The notes under the pieces: generated by a model
What the model saw: the letters and a program-made list of their open reading frames with translations, nothing else
Databases searched by the model: none
What the model was told of the DNA's origin: nothing
In this document: positions 30,889-39,085 of the stretch, in pieces
Layout of the letters: every line of letters begins with the position of its first letter
Position numbering within the stretch: the first letter of the stretch is position 1
NCBI GenBank assembly: GCA_023131895.1
Contig: JAGLYZ010000001.1
Span: forward strand, 8,957-72,956
Direction of reading: 5' to 3'
From: Candidatus Parcubacteria bacterium
GTDB lineage: Bacteria > Patescibacteriota > Minisyncoccia > Minisyncoccales > JAGMDC01
DNA length: 64,000 bases
Made by a program: the position numbers and the translations under genes

Positions 30889-31443
30889 ATGGATAAAGAA
30901 TATATTATCAATCTTAGTTTTACTGTTTATAAAGTGACAGAGCTTTTTCCAAAACAAGATCCATTGAGAGCAGAGATAAGGACAATGGTAAATGAGATTT
31001 TAAATGATTTATTATTTTTACAGAACAGCAAGGAATTAGGCATTAATGCAGATGAACTTGACAGGGAAATTGTTAAAAATATAGAAGATCTTAAAAAATA
31101 TTTTGAAATAGCTATAGTTAAAAAATTATCAAGCCCAACTAATTTTTTAGTGCTTCAGAGAGAATATGGTAAAATATATAATGAATTAAAAAAAGAAGAA
31201 TCTTTTGAAACCGAACCTCAAAAGATTAACGAAGAAGAGAATATTGGGGAATGGGTTTTGCAACGTCAAGAGCGGATATTAGATATTATTAGCAAAGAAC
31301 AAAAAATTCAGGTGCAGGGAATTCAAGATAGTCTTCCAGGAATTAGTAAAAGAACCATTCAAAGAGATTTAGGTTTTTTAGCAAATAAGGGTTTAGTAAA
31401 AGCGCATCACGATTTTAACAAAACATTCTATGAATTAGTATAA
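30889..31443 (+). CDS. Putative transcriptional regulator: N-terminal four-helix-bundle-like domain plus C-terminal DeoR-type winged HTH
   Basis: The C-terminus SKRTIQRDLGFLANKGLV is a DeoR-N-type HTH. The N-terminus VYKVTELFPKQDPLRAEIRTMVNEIL resembles the four-helix-bundle (23S rRNA IVS protein) family. AGGAGG lies at 30870-30875. Confidence 0.6.
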   Translation: MDKEYIINLSFTVYKVTELFPKQDPLRAEIRTMVNEILNDLLFLQNSKELGINADELDREIVKNIEDLKKYFEIAIVKKLSSPTNFLVLQREYGKIYNELKKEESFETEPQKINEEENIGEWVLQRQERILDIISKEQKIQVQGIQDSLPGISKRTIQRDLGFLANKGLVKAHHDFNKTFYELV

Positions 31444-31453
31444 TGTCATGACA

Positions 31454-31511
31454 AATGATACGACATTGATACGACAAAATTGAAAATGATACGACATTGA
31501 TACGACAAAAG
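31454..31511 (+). promoter_or_regulatory. Four copies of gatacgaca arranged as two 27-nt direct repeats upstream of the ECF sigma gene
   Basis: gatacgaca at 31457, 31468, 31488 and 31499. aatgatacgacattgatacgacaaaa occurs at 31454-31480 and 31485-31511. Confidence 0.8.
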
Positions 31512-31528
31512 TACAAATCATCAATTTT

Positions 31529-32026
31529 ATGGATAATTTAGAGGAAAAATTCAGTAAAATATACGATCAATATATTGATAAAATATACCGTTTTGTCTTT
31601 TTAAAGGTTAGTTCTCAAGAAATAGCTCAAGACCTATGTTCAGAGGTCTTTACCCGGGTTTGGCAGAGTTTGAATAAAGGGAATAATATTGAAAATCCCC
31701 AAGCATTTGCTTATCAGATTGCCAGGAATTTGATTGCTGACCATTATCGTCAAAATAGTAAAGCTAAGCTGGTTTCTATAGAAAATTGCAAGGAAATAGA
31801 GGATAATCAGCCTAATTTAGAAGAAAAAAGCTTGTTAATGTCTGACATCAACAGCGTGAAATTAGCTTTAAATAACATTAAACCAGAGTATCAGGATATT
31901 ATTATCTGCCATTATTTAGATGATTTATCTGTTCCAGAGCTTGCTAAAATGATGAATAAGCCGCAAGGCACGATTCGGGTTATGCTTCATCGCGGCTTAA
32001 AAGCCCTTAAAAAAGAGTTGAGTTAG
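31529..32026 (+). CDS. ECF-type RNA polymerase sigma-70 family factor
   Basis: Region 2 (IYRFVFLKV...AQDLCSEVFTRVW) and region 4 HTH (LSVPELAKMMNKPQGTIRVMLHRGLKALKKEL). Confidence 0.88.
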   Translation: MDNLEEKFSKIYDQYIDKIYRFVFLKVSSQEIAQDLCSEVFTRVWQSLNKGNNIENPQAFAYQIARNLIADHYRQNSKAKLVSIENCKEIEDNQPNLEEKSLLMSDINSVKLALNNIKPEYQDIIICHYLDDLSVPELAKMMNKPQGTIRVMLHRGLKALKKELS

Positions 32027-32106
32027 GGAGGAGGGGGTGTAACAAAAGAGCTTAAAATGCGTCATATATTATAGAAAGAAGCAATAATTTTGTATTTTTA
32101 GGTCTA

Positions 32107-32838
32107 ATGACCGAAAAAGAACTCATTAAAAAATTAAAAAAACTACAAGAAATCAAACCCAGTCAGGACTGGGTTGTTTTGACAAAAAATCAGATTTTGA
32201 GCGATAATAAAGATAATAAAGTAAAAGAATCTTTTATTTCCCAATTTATTTCAGTTTTTAATGTTAGGCCTTATCTAAAGCCGGCTTTTGCAACGGCTCT
32301 TTGTTTTTGTTTGTTATTCACGGTTTTCAGCTTTGCTGAAAACGCTTTACCCGGGGATTTGCTTTATTCAGTGAAGAAAATTGGCGAGAAAACTAAGTTG
32401 AGCCTAACTTCTGAAGAAGGCAGGACTAATGCTCAATTAGATCTAACACAAAGAAAATTAAATGAATTAACAATAATAGCTGAAGAAAATAGAGGTAAAA
32501 ACCTTGCTTCAGCTGTTCAAGAAGTGGAAAAAGCTATGAAAGAAGTAGCTGAAACATTGAAAAATACACTTGTTACAGCAGAAGTAAGAGAGAAAATTGA
32601 AGCCATAGAAGTACAGAAAGAAAAAGTAGAAGAGATATTAGCTGTAAAAATTGACAGCGAAGAGTTAGACGAGTCAATGAATGATTATTATAAGAGCTTG
32701 GTAGAGCAGGAGATAAAAAGTTTAGAGGGGAAAACCTTGAATGTTGAGCAAGAGACATTATTAAATGAAGCAGAAGAGCTGCTTGGACAAGGAGATTTTC
32801 AGCAAGCACTTGAAAAAATCTTACTTTTAAGTTATTAA
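32107..32838 (+). CDS. DUF5667-like single-pass membrane protein (candidate anti-sigma factor)
   Basis: Short cytoplasmic N-terminus, one TM (AFATALCFCLLFTVFSF), then LPGDLLYSVKKIGEKTKL and a helical E/K-rich ectodomain. It lies immediately downstream of the ECF sigma gene. Confidence 0.6.
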   Translation: MTEKELIKKLKKLQEIKPSQDWVVLTKNQILSDNKDNKVKESFISQFISVFNVRPYLKPAFATALCFCLLFTVFSFAENALPGDLLYSVKKIGEKTKLSLTSEEGRTNAQLDLTQRKLNELTIIAEENRGKNLASAVQEVEKAMKEVAETLKNTLVTAEVREKIEAIEVQKEKVEEILAVKIDSEELDESMNDYYKSLVEQEIKSLEGKTLNVEQETLLNEAEELLGQGDFQQALEKILLLSY

Positions 32839-32844
32839 GGATAT

Positions 32845-33063
32845 ATGGCAAACGAGAATATAACAAAACAAGATTTAGATAAAGTTGAAGAAAATTTAGG
32901 CGGGATGATAAATAAGAGCTTTGATGAGAATACTAAACAACATCAAGAGACGTTAGAGGTTCTGAATAGACATGGGGTAATGTTAATTGATCATACTGAA
33001 AGATTAAATAGGATGGAGACAAGATTAGATAGAATAGAAACAAGATTGGAAGGTATTGTTTGA
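32845..33063 (+). CDS. Small coiled-coil protein
   Basis: 72 aa with heptad-like LNRMETRLDRIETRLEGIV. A terminator-like hairpin follows. Confidence 0.45.
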   Translation: MANENITKQDLDKVEENLGGMINKSFDENTKQHQETLEVLNRHGVMLIDHTERLNRMETRLDRIETRLEGIV

Positions 33064-33069
33064 AGCATC

Positions 33070-33101
33070 AGCTATTAAAAAATAGCTTATATTATTTTTT
33101 T
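33070..33101 (+). terminator. Terminator-like hairpin after the sigma/anti-sigma/coiled-coil operon
   Basis: agctatt-aaaa-aatagct followed by a T-rich tail (tatattattttttt). Confidence 0.5.
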
Positions 33102-33352
33102 AAAAACAACTATTTTAAAAGTTGTTTATCCCGTTTAACGGGGTAAAGGTCGGCAAAAAGAAAAGAAAACAAAGAAAAGAACTATTAATAAACATCTTCT
33201 GAATGTTTGCTAAAAGCTAAAAAGAATTCTTTATATTCAAAAGATGTCATAAGGTCGATAATAGTTATAAAAGAATAAAAACATAAAAATCTTTAATAGA
33301 ATTACTTGTTTTTATAAAAAACAAGATAAGAATATTAAAGAAAAATTAATAA

Positions 33353-36300
33353 ATGTCTAAAATGAAAAAAATTATTGCTAGTATTACAACTTTGGCTTGC
33401 GCGTCAATGATGATGGGCTTGGTTGTTATGCCAGTTCAAGCAACAACTACTGAAGATCTGCAGGCTCAAATTGACCTATTATTAGCTCAATTAGCTGATT
33501 TGCAGACGCAGTTGGCTGGTCTTAGCGGCACAACAGGTACCATTGAAGGTTGTACAATTACCAGTTTTGACCGCAATCTTAGTGTAGGAATGACTGGCGA
33601 CGATGTTAAATGTTTACAGATTGTTTTAAACACTGATTCTGTAACAAAGTTAGGTACAACTGGAGCTGGTTCTCCAGGAAATGAAACTTCTTATTTTGGT
33701 CCTTTGACCAAAGCAGGAGTAATCAAATTCCAGGAACTATATGCTGATGAAGTATTAGCTTCTTGGGGTTTAACTTCTGGAACCGGTTATGTTGGTTCAA
33801 CAACCAGAACAAAGTTAAATGAGCTTTTAGTCAGTGGAGTAACTCCTACTGGCTGTAATTGTACTGCTTGGGTAGATGATGTCTGCGGTGGTGGAGATTG
33901 TTCTGCTACTCAGATGAATCAAACTCGAACTTGTACTCCAGAAACAGGAGCTGCAGCTGATGTTTGCGAAGGAGCAGCAACCAGTCAATGTGTAGCTGAT
34001 GCAAGTTGTAAAGACGCAGGAGTGGTTGAACCATTAAGCGTTGTGCTTTCTGACGAAACACCAGTTGCTGCTAACGTAATGAAAGGTTCTGCTTTAAACA
34101 CAGTAACCAAATTCATTATTTACGGCAGTGAAGATGAAGCTACAACCATTAATGGTTTAACACTAAAGAATTACGGAACTGCTGAAACAAACACTACTAC
34201 TATTGCCAAAGTCAAGATTCTTGACGAAAATGACGTTGAAATAGCCACAGAAAGGAATTTAGTTGGAGGAACAGCTACTTTTGTAATTGTCCCTCAACTA
34301 ACTATCGCACAGGCAGGAAGCCGAACTTTAAGCGTTGCTGTTAATGTTGACGCTTCTGGAACAACAATGTCCACTATTCAAATGGGTATTGATTCTGCTG
34401 ATGCAATAAACGGGGCAACCTTTACTGGCGATTTTCCAGTAAAAGGTGAAGTATTTACTGTTGTGCCAGCTGGTTCTCTTGGAACCTTGACTATAGCTGA
34501 ATACAGCTCTCTACCAAAAAGCACTGCTAAAATTGGAGAAACCGAGGTTGTTTTAGAGAAATTCACTGTTTCTGCTGGTTCTAACGAAGATGTAACAATT
34601 AACCAGATGACTTTCACCAATACTGGAACTATTTCTGCTTCTGATATTTCTAATCTTAAAGTTAGAAAAATCGGCGGAGATGCAGTTACTGATGCTGAAA
34701 CATTAGGCAGTAATGACAAAGTTACTTTCAATCTAACTTCTCCAGTAGCTCTAACTAAAGGTTATTCCCAGAGTTTTGAGTTGATTGCTGATATTGCAAG
34801 CGGTGATAACAGAACAATTTTAATGGCAATTGCTGCTGGCGCTGTAGTTGGTAATGGAGCTACTTCTGGAGTAAATATCTCCAGCACTGGAACAACTACT
34901 GCTGACACAGTTACTATTGGAACAGGTACAGTATCTGTTTCAATGTCTGCCAGCCATCCTCAAGGACAGGATGCTTTTATGATTCAATCAACCAGCCCTC
35001 AAACTTTGGCTGTGTTTGATGTAAAAGCAACTGGAGAGGATGTAATATTTGATACCATTAATATTCTGTTTGCTGGTACCCCTGATATTGACTCTACTAA
35101 TTATTTAAGCTCTGTTGGTCTTTATGAAATAACTGATACTGGTTTTAGCGGGGTTTCTACTGCTACATTAACCGTAAATGCTGAGACCGTGTCTCCTGGA
35201 GAAGTGTATTCTTTGTCTTGGACTGTTCCTGCTGGAACCACTAAGAAGTTAGCTGTTAGAGGAATTACTACTAATTTGGATGTTAATGATGATGTGATAA
35301 CTATTACTTTTAGTGGTTATTCTGGAACTGGTATGTCTTCTGGGGAAACCATTTCTTCTACTAATGATGTTGCCAGCACTGCGATTAAGATTTATGCTGC
35401 TGGAACATTTACAAGCGCGGCAAGCACTAACAAGACCTTGACCCATTATAATCAAGGTGTATTAACTCCAAGCGCTAATGTTGTTTTAGGTGCTTTAAAG
35501 ATTAGAGCAACTAGAGAGAATATGAAGCTAAAAGATTTGATTGTTACTCCATCAACTACTGGCAAACTTGGTGCTTTAAGGATTTTTGCTGATGATATCA
35601 ATGTCGATGGAACTCCTACTACTGCCTTAACTGATTCAGTTTCAGAAGCGAGTAGTGTATTCACCTTTGATTCTGACACATGGGACGATGATATTCTTTT
35701 TGAAAAGAATGTCTACAGAACAGTTCTATTAGTAGGTAATCCTACAAGCACTGCTGATGTTGGTAATTTCCATTTGACCGTATCCGCTACTACTTCTTTG
35801 ACCTTGACTGGTATTGAGAGTGGAACAGACGCAGACGCTAGCGCTGTTATTGATTTTGCTATTAGTTCTCCATTTAGCGGAGGTACATTCCAGTTAGATA
35901 CTAAAGTGGTAGAAATAACTAAAGCATCTGATTCGCCTTCTGGGACAATCAGCCCAACAAGCAACACAGTTGTTGGTAAATGGGATGTTGCAAATATGGA
36001 CGCTGAACTGGAAAACGCTGTTATAACAGCTATAACATTTACCACTGATAGTGGAATACCAACTGCTATTACTGGAACCACTGACGCAACATTGTTCAAG
36101 CTTTATGACGGAGATGGCACACAACTAACCACTAGTCGTGTTCTTACTCAGGGGGATGGAACCATTGCTTTTTCAGGCATTAGCACTAATTTGACTGTTG
36201 AAGTCGGCGTTCCTAAGACCATTGAATTAAGAGTTGACTTTACTGATTCTGATTGGGGAACAGTTGACTTGAGCCAGAAATGGTATATAGCGGCTTACAC

Positions 36301-36391
36301 TGATGTGACTATAACAGACGGTGAAGTTGGTTTCGGCGGAGATAACTGGAGCATTCAATCAGAAGCTAATACAATTACCATAAATCTGTAA
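33353..36391 (+). CDS. Large secreted S-layer-like/surface protein: coiled-coil plus PG-binding domain plus Cys-rich knot plus T/S/A/G-rich beta repeats
   Basis: Signal peptide (ACASMMMGLVVMPVQA), LQAQIDLLLAQLADLQTQLAGL, PG_binding_1-like segment (LSVGMTGDDVKCLQIVLN...GPLTKAGVIKFQELY), a 9-Cys segment, then ~800 aa of low-complexity beta-rich sequence. A strong terminator lies at 36427-36452. Confidence 0.75.
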   Translation: MSKMKKIIASITTLACASMMMGLVVMPVQATTTEDLQAQIDLLLAQLADLQTQLAGLSGTTGTIEGCTITSFDRNLSVGMTGDDVKCLQIVLNTDSVTKLGTTGAGSPGNETSYFGPLTKAGVIKFQELYADEVLASWGLTSGTGYVGSTTRTKLNELLVSGVTPTGCNCTAWVDDVCGGGDCSATQMNQTRTCTPETGAAADVCEGAATSQCVADASCKDAGVVEPLSVVLSDETPVAANVMKGSALNTVTKFIIYGSEDEATTINGLTLKNYGTAETNTTTIAKVKILDENDVEIATERNLVGGTATFVIVPQLTIAQAGSRTLSVAVNVDASGTTMSTIQMGIDSADAINGATFTGDFPVKGEVFTVVPAGSLGTLTIAEYSSLPKSTAKIGETEVVLEKFTVSAGSNEDVTINQMTFTNTGTISASDISNLKVRKIGGDAVTDAETLGSNDKVTFNLTSPVALTKGYSQSFELIADIASGDNRTILMAIAAGAVVGNGATSGVNISSTGTTTADTVTIGTGTVSVSMSASHPQGQDAFMIQSTSPQTLAVFDVKATGEDVIFDTINILFAGTPDIDSTNYLSSVGLYEITDTGFSGVSTATLTVNAETVSPGEVYSLSWTVPAGTTKKLAVRGITTNLDVNDDVITITFSGYSGTGMSSGETISSTNDVASTAIKIYAAGTFTSAASTNKTLTHYNQGVLTPSANVVLGALKIRATRENMKLKDLIVTPSTTGKLGALRIFADDINVDGTPTTALTDSVSEASSVFTFDSDTWDDDILFEKNVYRTVLLVGNPTSTADVGNFHLTVSATTSLTLTGIESGTDADASAVIDFAISSPFSGGTFQLDTKVVEITKASDSPSGTISPTSNTVVGKWDVANMDAELENAVITAITFTTDSGIPTAITGTTDATLFKLYDGDGTQLTTSRVLTQGDGTIAFSGISTNLTVEVGVPKTIELRVDFTDSDWGTVDLSQKWYIAAYTDVTITDGEVGFGGDNWSIQSEANTITINL

Positions 36392-36426
36392 CGACTATTT
36401 TCCTTTCCTTGTAGGGAAACTAAATT

Positions 36427-36452
36427 GCCGTTCCTTTTGGGACGGCTTTTTA
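36427..36452 (+). terminator. Rho-independent terminator after the S-layer-like gene
   Basis: gccgttcc-tttt-gggacggc (8 bp with one G-U pair) followed by ttttt. Confidence 0.75.
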
Positions 36453-36491
36453 GTTTGCATGGATTCTTGAATTATTATATAATTAAGTAAT

Positions 36492-37346
36492 ATGAACTAC
36501 TTAAAATTATTTTATTTTTTATTAATTTTTAGTTGTATTTTTTTAATAACAAATTCAGTCAGCGCGGCAGCGCCGAGCGCTATTACTGGTTTAAGGTGCA
36601 TTGAAGGCAAGGTTAATAATGGCGTTTGGCTGCGTTGGGTCATACCAAGCAACAGTCCTACCAGTTGGGAGGTAAAATATTCATTATCCAATATTAATGC
36701 TTCAAATTATAGCCAGGCAACAGAATTTTCCCAGAATTGGGAAGCTGAAACCACACAGGCCATAGTTTATGGCTTGCCTGATGATGCTACTTTGTTTTTT
36801 GCAATGAAAGCGATTAATAATGACGGCAGTTCAGGAATTTCCAATATTGTCCGTTGTTATGTTGTAGAGCTGGATGAAAATAAAGATGAAGAAGCGCCTG
36901 TTTCTTTGATAACTAATCTTGAACAAGACCAGGAAATTTTAGCTGAACAGGATTTTACTATTCAAGGACAAAGCACTGATACTGGCGGCTCTTCTGTGCA
37001 AAAAGTAGAAATCAGCTTTGACAATGGAGAAACATGGGTTTTAGCAAATCCGAAAACTAGCATTGAGACCGGTTTTACTTGGGAGTATGTTTGGGAAGAT
37101 CCAGCACAAGGAGATTACAATATCAAAACAAGAGCTATAGATTGGTGGAACAATACAGAAGAACCAAAAGAAGCAATTGCTATAACAGTTGTTTTAGAAA
37201 TTCAGGAACCAGAGCCAGAGCCAGAACCAGAACCTATTACACCAATGACAGCCGATGAGCTTAAAGAAAAAATCAAAGAAATCCAGCAGCAGATTATTGA
37301 ACTTATAACTCAATTAATTCAAAAACTTCAAGAGCAAATCACGTAA
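36492..37346 (+). CDS. Secreted FN3-like plus bacterial Ig-like domain protein with (EP)n linker and C-terminal coiled-coil
   Basis: Signal peptide, FN3-like segment (ITGLRCIEGKVNNGVWLRWVIP...), Ig-like segment (VQKVEISFDNGETWVLA...YNIKTRAIDWWNN), EPEPEPEPEPEP, and LKEKIKEIQQQIIELITQLIQKLQEQ. Confidence 0.65.
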   Translation: MNYLKLFYFLLIFSCIFLITNSVSAAAPSAITGLRCIEGKVNNGVWLRWVIPSNSPTSWEVKYSLSNINASNYSQATEFSQNWEAETTQAIVYGLPDDATLFFAMKAINNDGSSGISNIVRCYVVELDENKDEEAPVSLITNLEQDQEILAEQDFTIQGQSTDTGGSSVQKVEISFDNGETWVLANPKTSIETGFTWEYVWEDPAQGDYNIKTRAIDWWNNTEEPKEAIAITVVLEIQEPEPEPEPEPITPMTADELKEKIKEIQQQIIELITQLIQKLQEQIT

Positions 37347-37348
37347 TA

Positions 37349-39085
37349 ATGAAGACAAATAATTCAGTAAAAATATTTTTTGTTGGATTGGCGTTTTGCC
37401 TTTCTCCTTTTTTTGTTTCAGCTGACTATATTGGCCAAAACATTGATTTTTTTATTGATTCTTTATATGATTCGCAAGAAAGAGACCAGATTTCAGCCAC
37501 TTTGCGAGAGAGAAGCTCCCAGCTTTATTTTTATATTGACGACCAATACTGGAACCAGTTGAATGATGTCCAAAAACAGGAAAAGAGAAAAAAGTTAGAT
37601 GTATTAGCAGAAGAGTTTGAAGAACAGATTTATCCATTAATGACTCCAACTTTTGGCATAGAATGGAACACAGGAATTGATAATGACGGGCATATTACAG
37701 TGCTAATTCATAAGATGATTAATGATATAGCCGGTTATTTTAATGCTGGAGATGAGTATGAAAAAGCCCTGGTGCCAGCATCAAATGAAAGGGAAATGGT
37801 ATATCTTAGCTCTGATTTTATTGACAGCGCGAATCTAAAAGGTTTTTTGGCGCATGAATTTATGCATTTAATCACTTTTAACCAGAAAGATAACAGCTAT
37901 GGAATTTCTGAAGAAATATGGCTCAATGAAGCAAGGGCTGACCATACTTCCACTTTTTTGGGCTATGATGATGAGTATGAAAACAGCAATTTGTCCGCAA
38001 GAGTAAGAAGTTTTTTAAACTCTCCTGGCGATTCTTTGACAGAATGGCTTAATGAAAAATCTGACTATGCGGTTGTCAATCTTTTTACCCAATACTTGGT
38101 TGACCATTATGGTATAAAGATTTTAGTTGATTCGCTTACCTCGTCAAAAACAGGCATTGCCTCTTTAAACTATGCTTTGGAAAAAAACGGTTTTGACAAG
38201 GATTTTTCAGATGTATTTACTGACTGGACAATTACTGTTTTAATCAATGATTGTGAGCTCGGAGAAGAGTATTGTTATTTAAATGATAATTTAAGAAATT
38301 TAAAAATCTCACCCCGTATTATTTTTCTTCCTAAAAAAGGCGAGACAACTCTTTCTGTAAGTGATACCACTAAGGATTGGGCAGGGAACTGGCATAAGAT
38401 TATTGGAGGCAAAGATGCTTTAAAAGTTGAATTTGAAGATAATTCAGGGACTAATTTAATAGTGCCTTATTTGATAGAGTCAACAGATGATGAGTTTTCT
38501 ATTGGTTTTATTGAATTTGACGATGATAACAAAGCTGTTCTTTATGTTTCTGATTTCGGGACAAAGAATAAATCATTATTTCTTCTTCCTTCAGTCCAGG
38601 AAAAAACAGCCGGTTTTAACGGCGAAGAGGATTCCTATAAATATTCTTTTACTTTGTCAACAGTAAAGAGAACACCGGAGCAGGAAGAAGCAGAATTAAG
38701 GCAGGCGCTTCTTGCACAAATTGCTGAATTACAAGCTCAAATTGCCATGATTCAGGCAAAAATAAATGCTATTTTAGCAGAGAGAAATAAAAATGAATAT
38801 AACCAAACCTGCCAAAACATAGAAAACAATCTTTCCTTCGGCTTTCTGGACAACAATGAAGTGAGCTGCCTTCAAGAGTTTTTAAAATCACAGGGCCAGG
38901 ATGTTTATCCGGAAGGGTTGGTCACAGGCAATTTTCTCTCTCTAACAAAAAAAGCGGTTATCCGCTTTCAAGAAAAATATAAATCAGAGATATTGGAACC
39001 GCTTGGCTTGGAAAATGGAACTGGTTTTGTCGGTTCTTCCACGCGCGCAAAAATCAATGAATTGTTAAATAGGCAGGGTTCTTAG
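37349..39085 (+). CDS. Secreted HExxH zinc-metallopeptidase-like protein with coiled-coil and C-terminal PG-binding domain
   Basis: Signal peptide, LAHEFMHLITF (HExxH), LRQALLAQIAELQAQIAMIQAKINAIL, and PG_binding_1-like VSCLQEFLKSQGQ...TKKAVIRFQEKY. Confidence 0.65.
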   Translation: MKTNNSVKIFFVGLAFCLSPFFVSADYIGQNIDFFIDSLYDSQERDQISATLRERSSQLYFYIDDQYWNQLNDVQKQEKRKKLDVLAEEFEEQIYPLMTPTFGIEWNTGIDNDGHITVLIHKMINDIAGYFNAGDEYEKALVPASNEREMVYLSSDFIDSANLKGFLAHEFMHLITFNQKDNSYGISEEIWLNEARADHTSTFLGYDDEYENSNLSARVRSFLNSPGDSLTEWLNEKSDYAVVNLFTQYLVDHYGIKILVDSLTSSKTGIASLNYALEKNGFDKDFSDVFTDWTITVLINDCELGEEYCYLNDNLRNLKISPRIIFLPKKGETTLSVSDTTKDWAGNWHKIIGGKDALKVEFEDNSGTNLIVPYLIESTDDEFSIGFIEFDDDNKAVLYVSDFGTKNKSLFLLPSVQEKTAGFNGEEDSYKYSFTLSTVKRTPEQEEAELRQALLAQIAELQAQIAMIQAKINAILAERNKNEYNQTCQNIENNLSFGFLDNNEVSCLQEFLKSQGQDVYPEGLVTGNFLSLTKKAVIRFQEKYKSEILEPLGLENGTGFVGSSTRAKINELLNRQGS

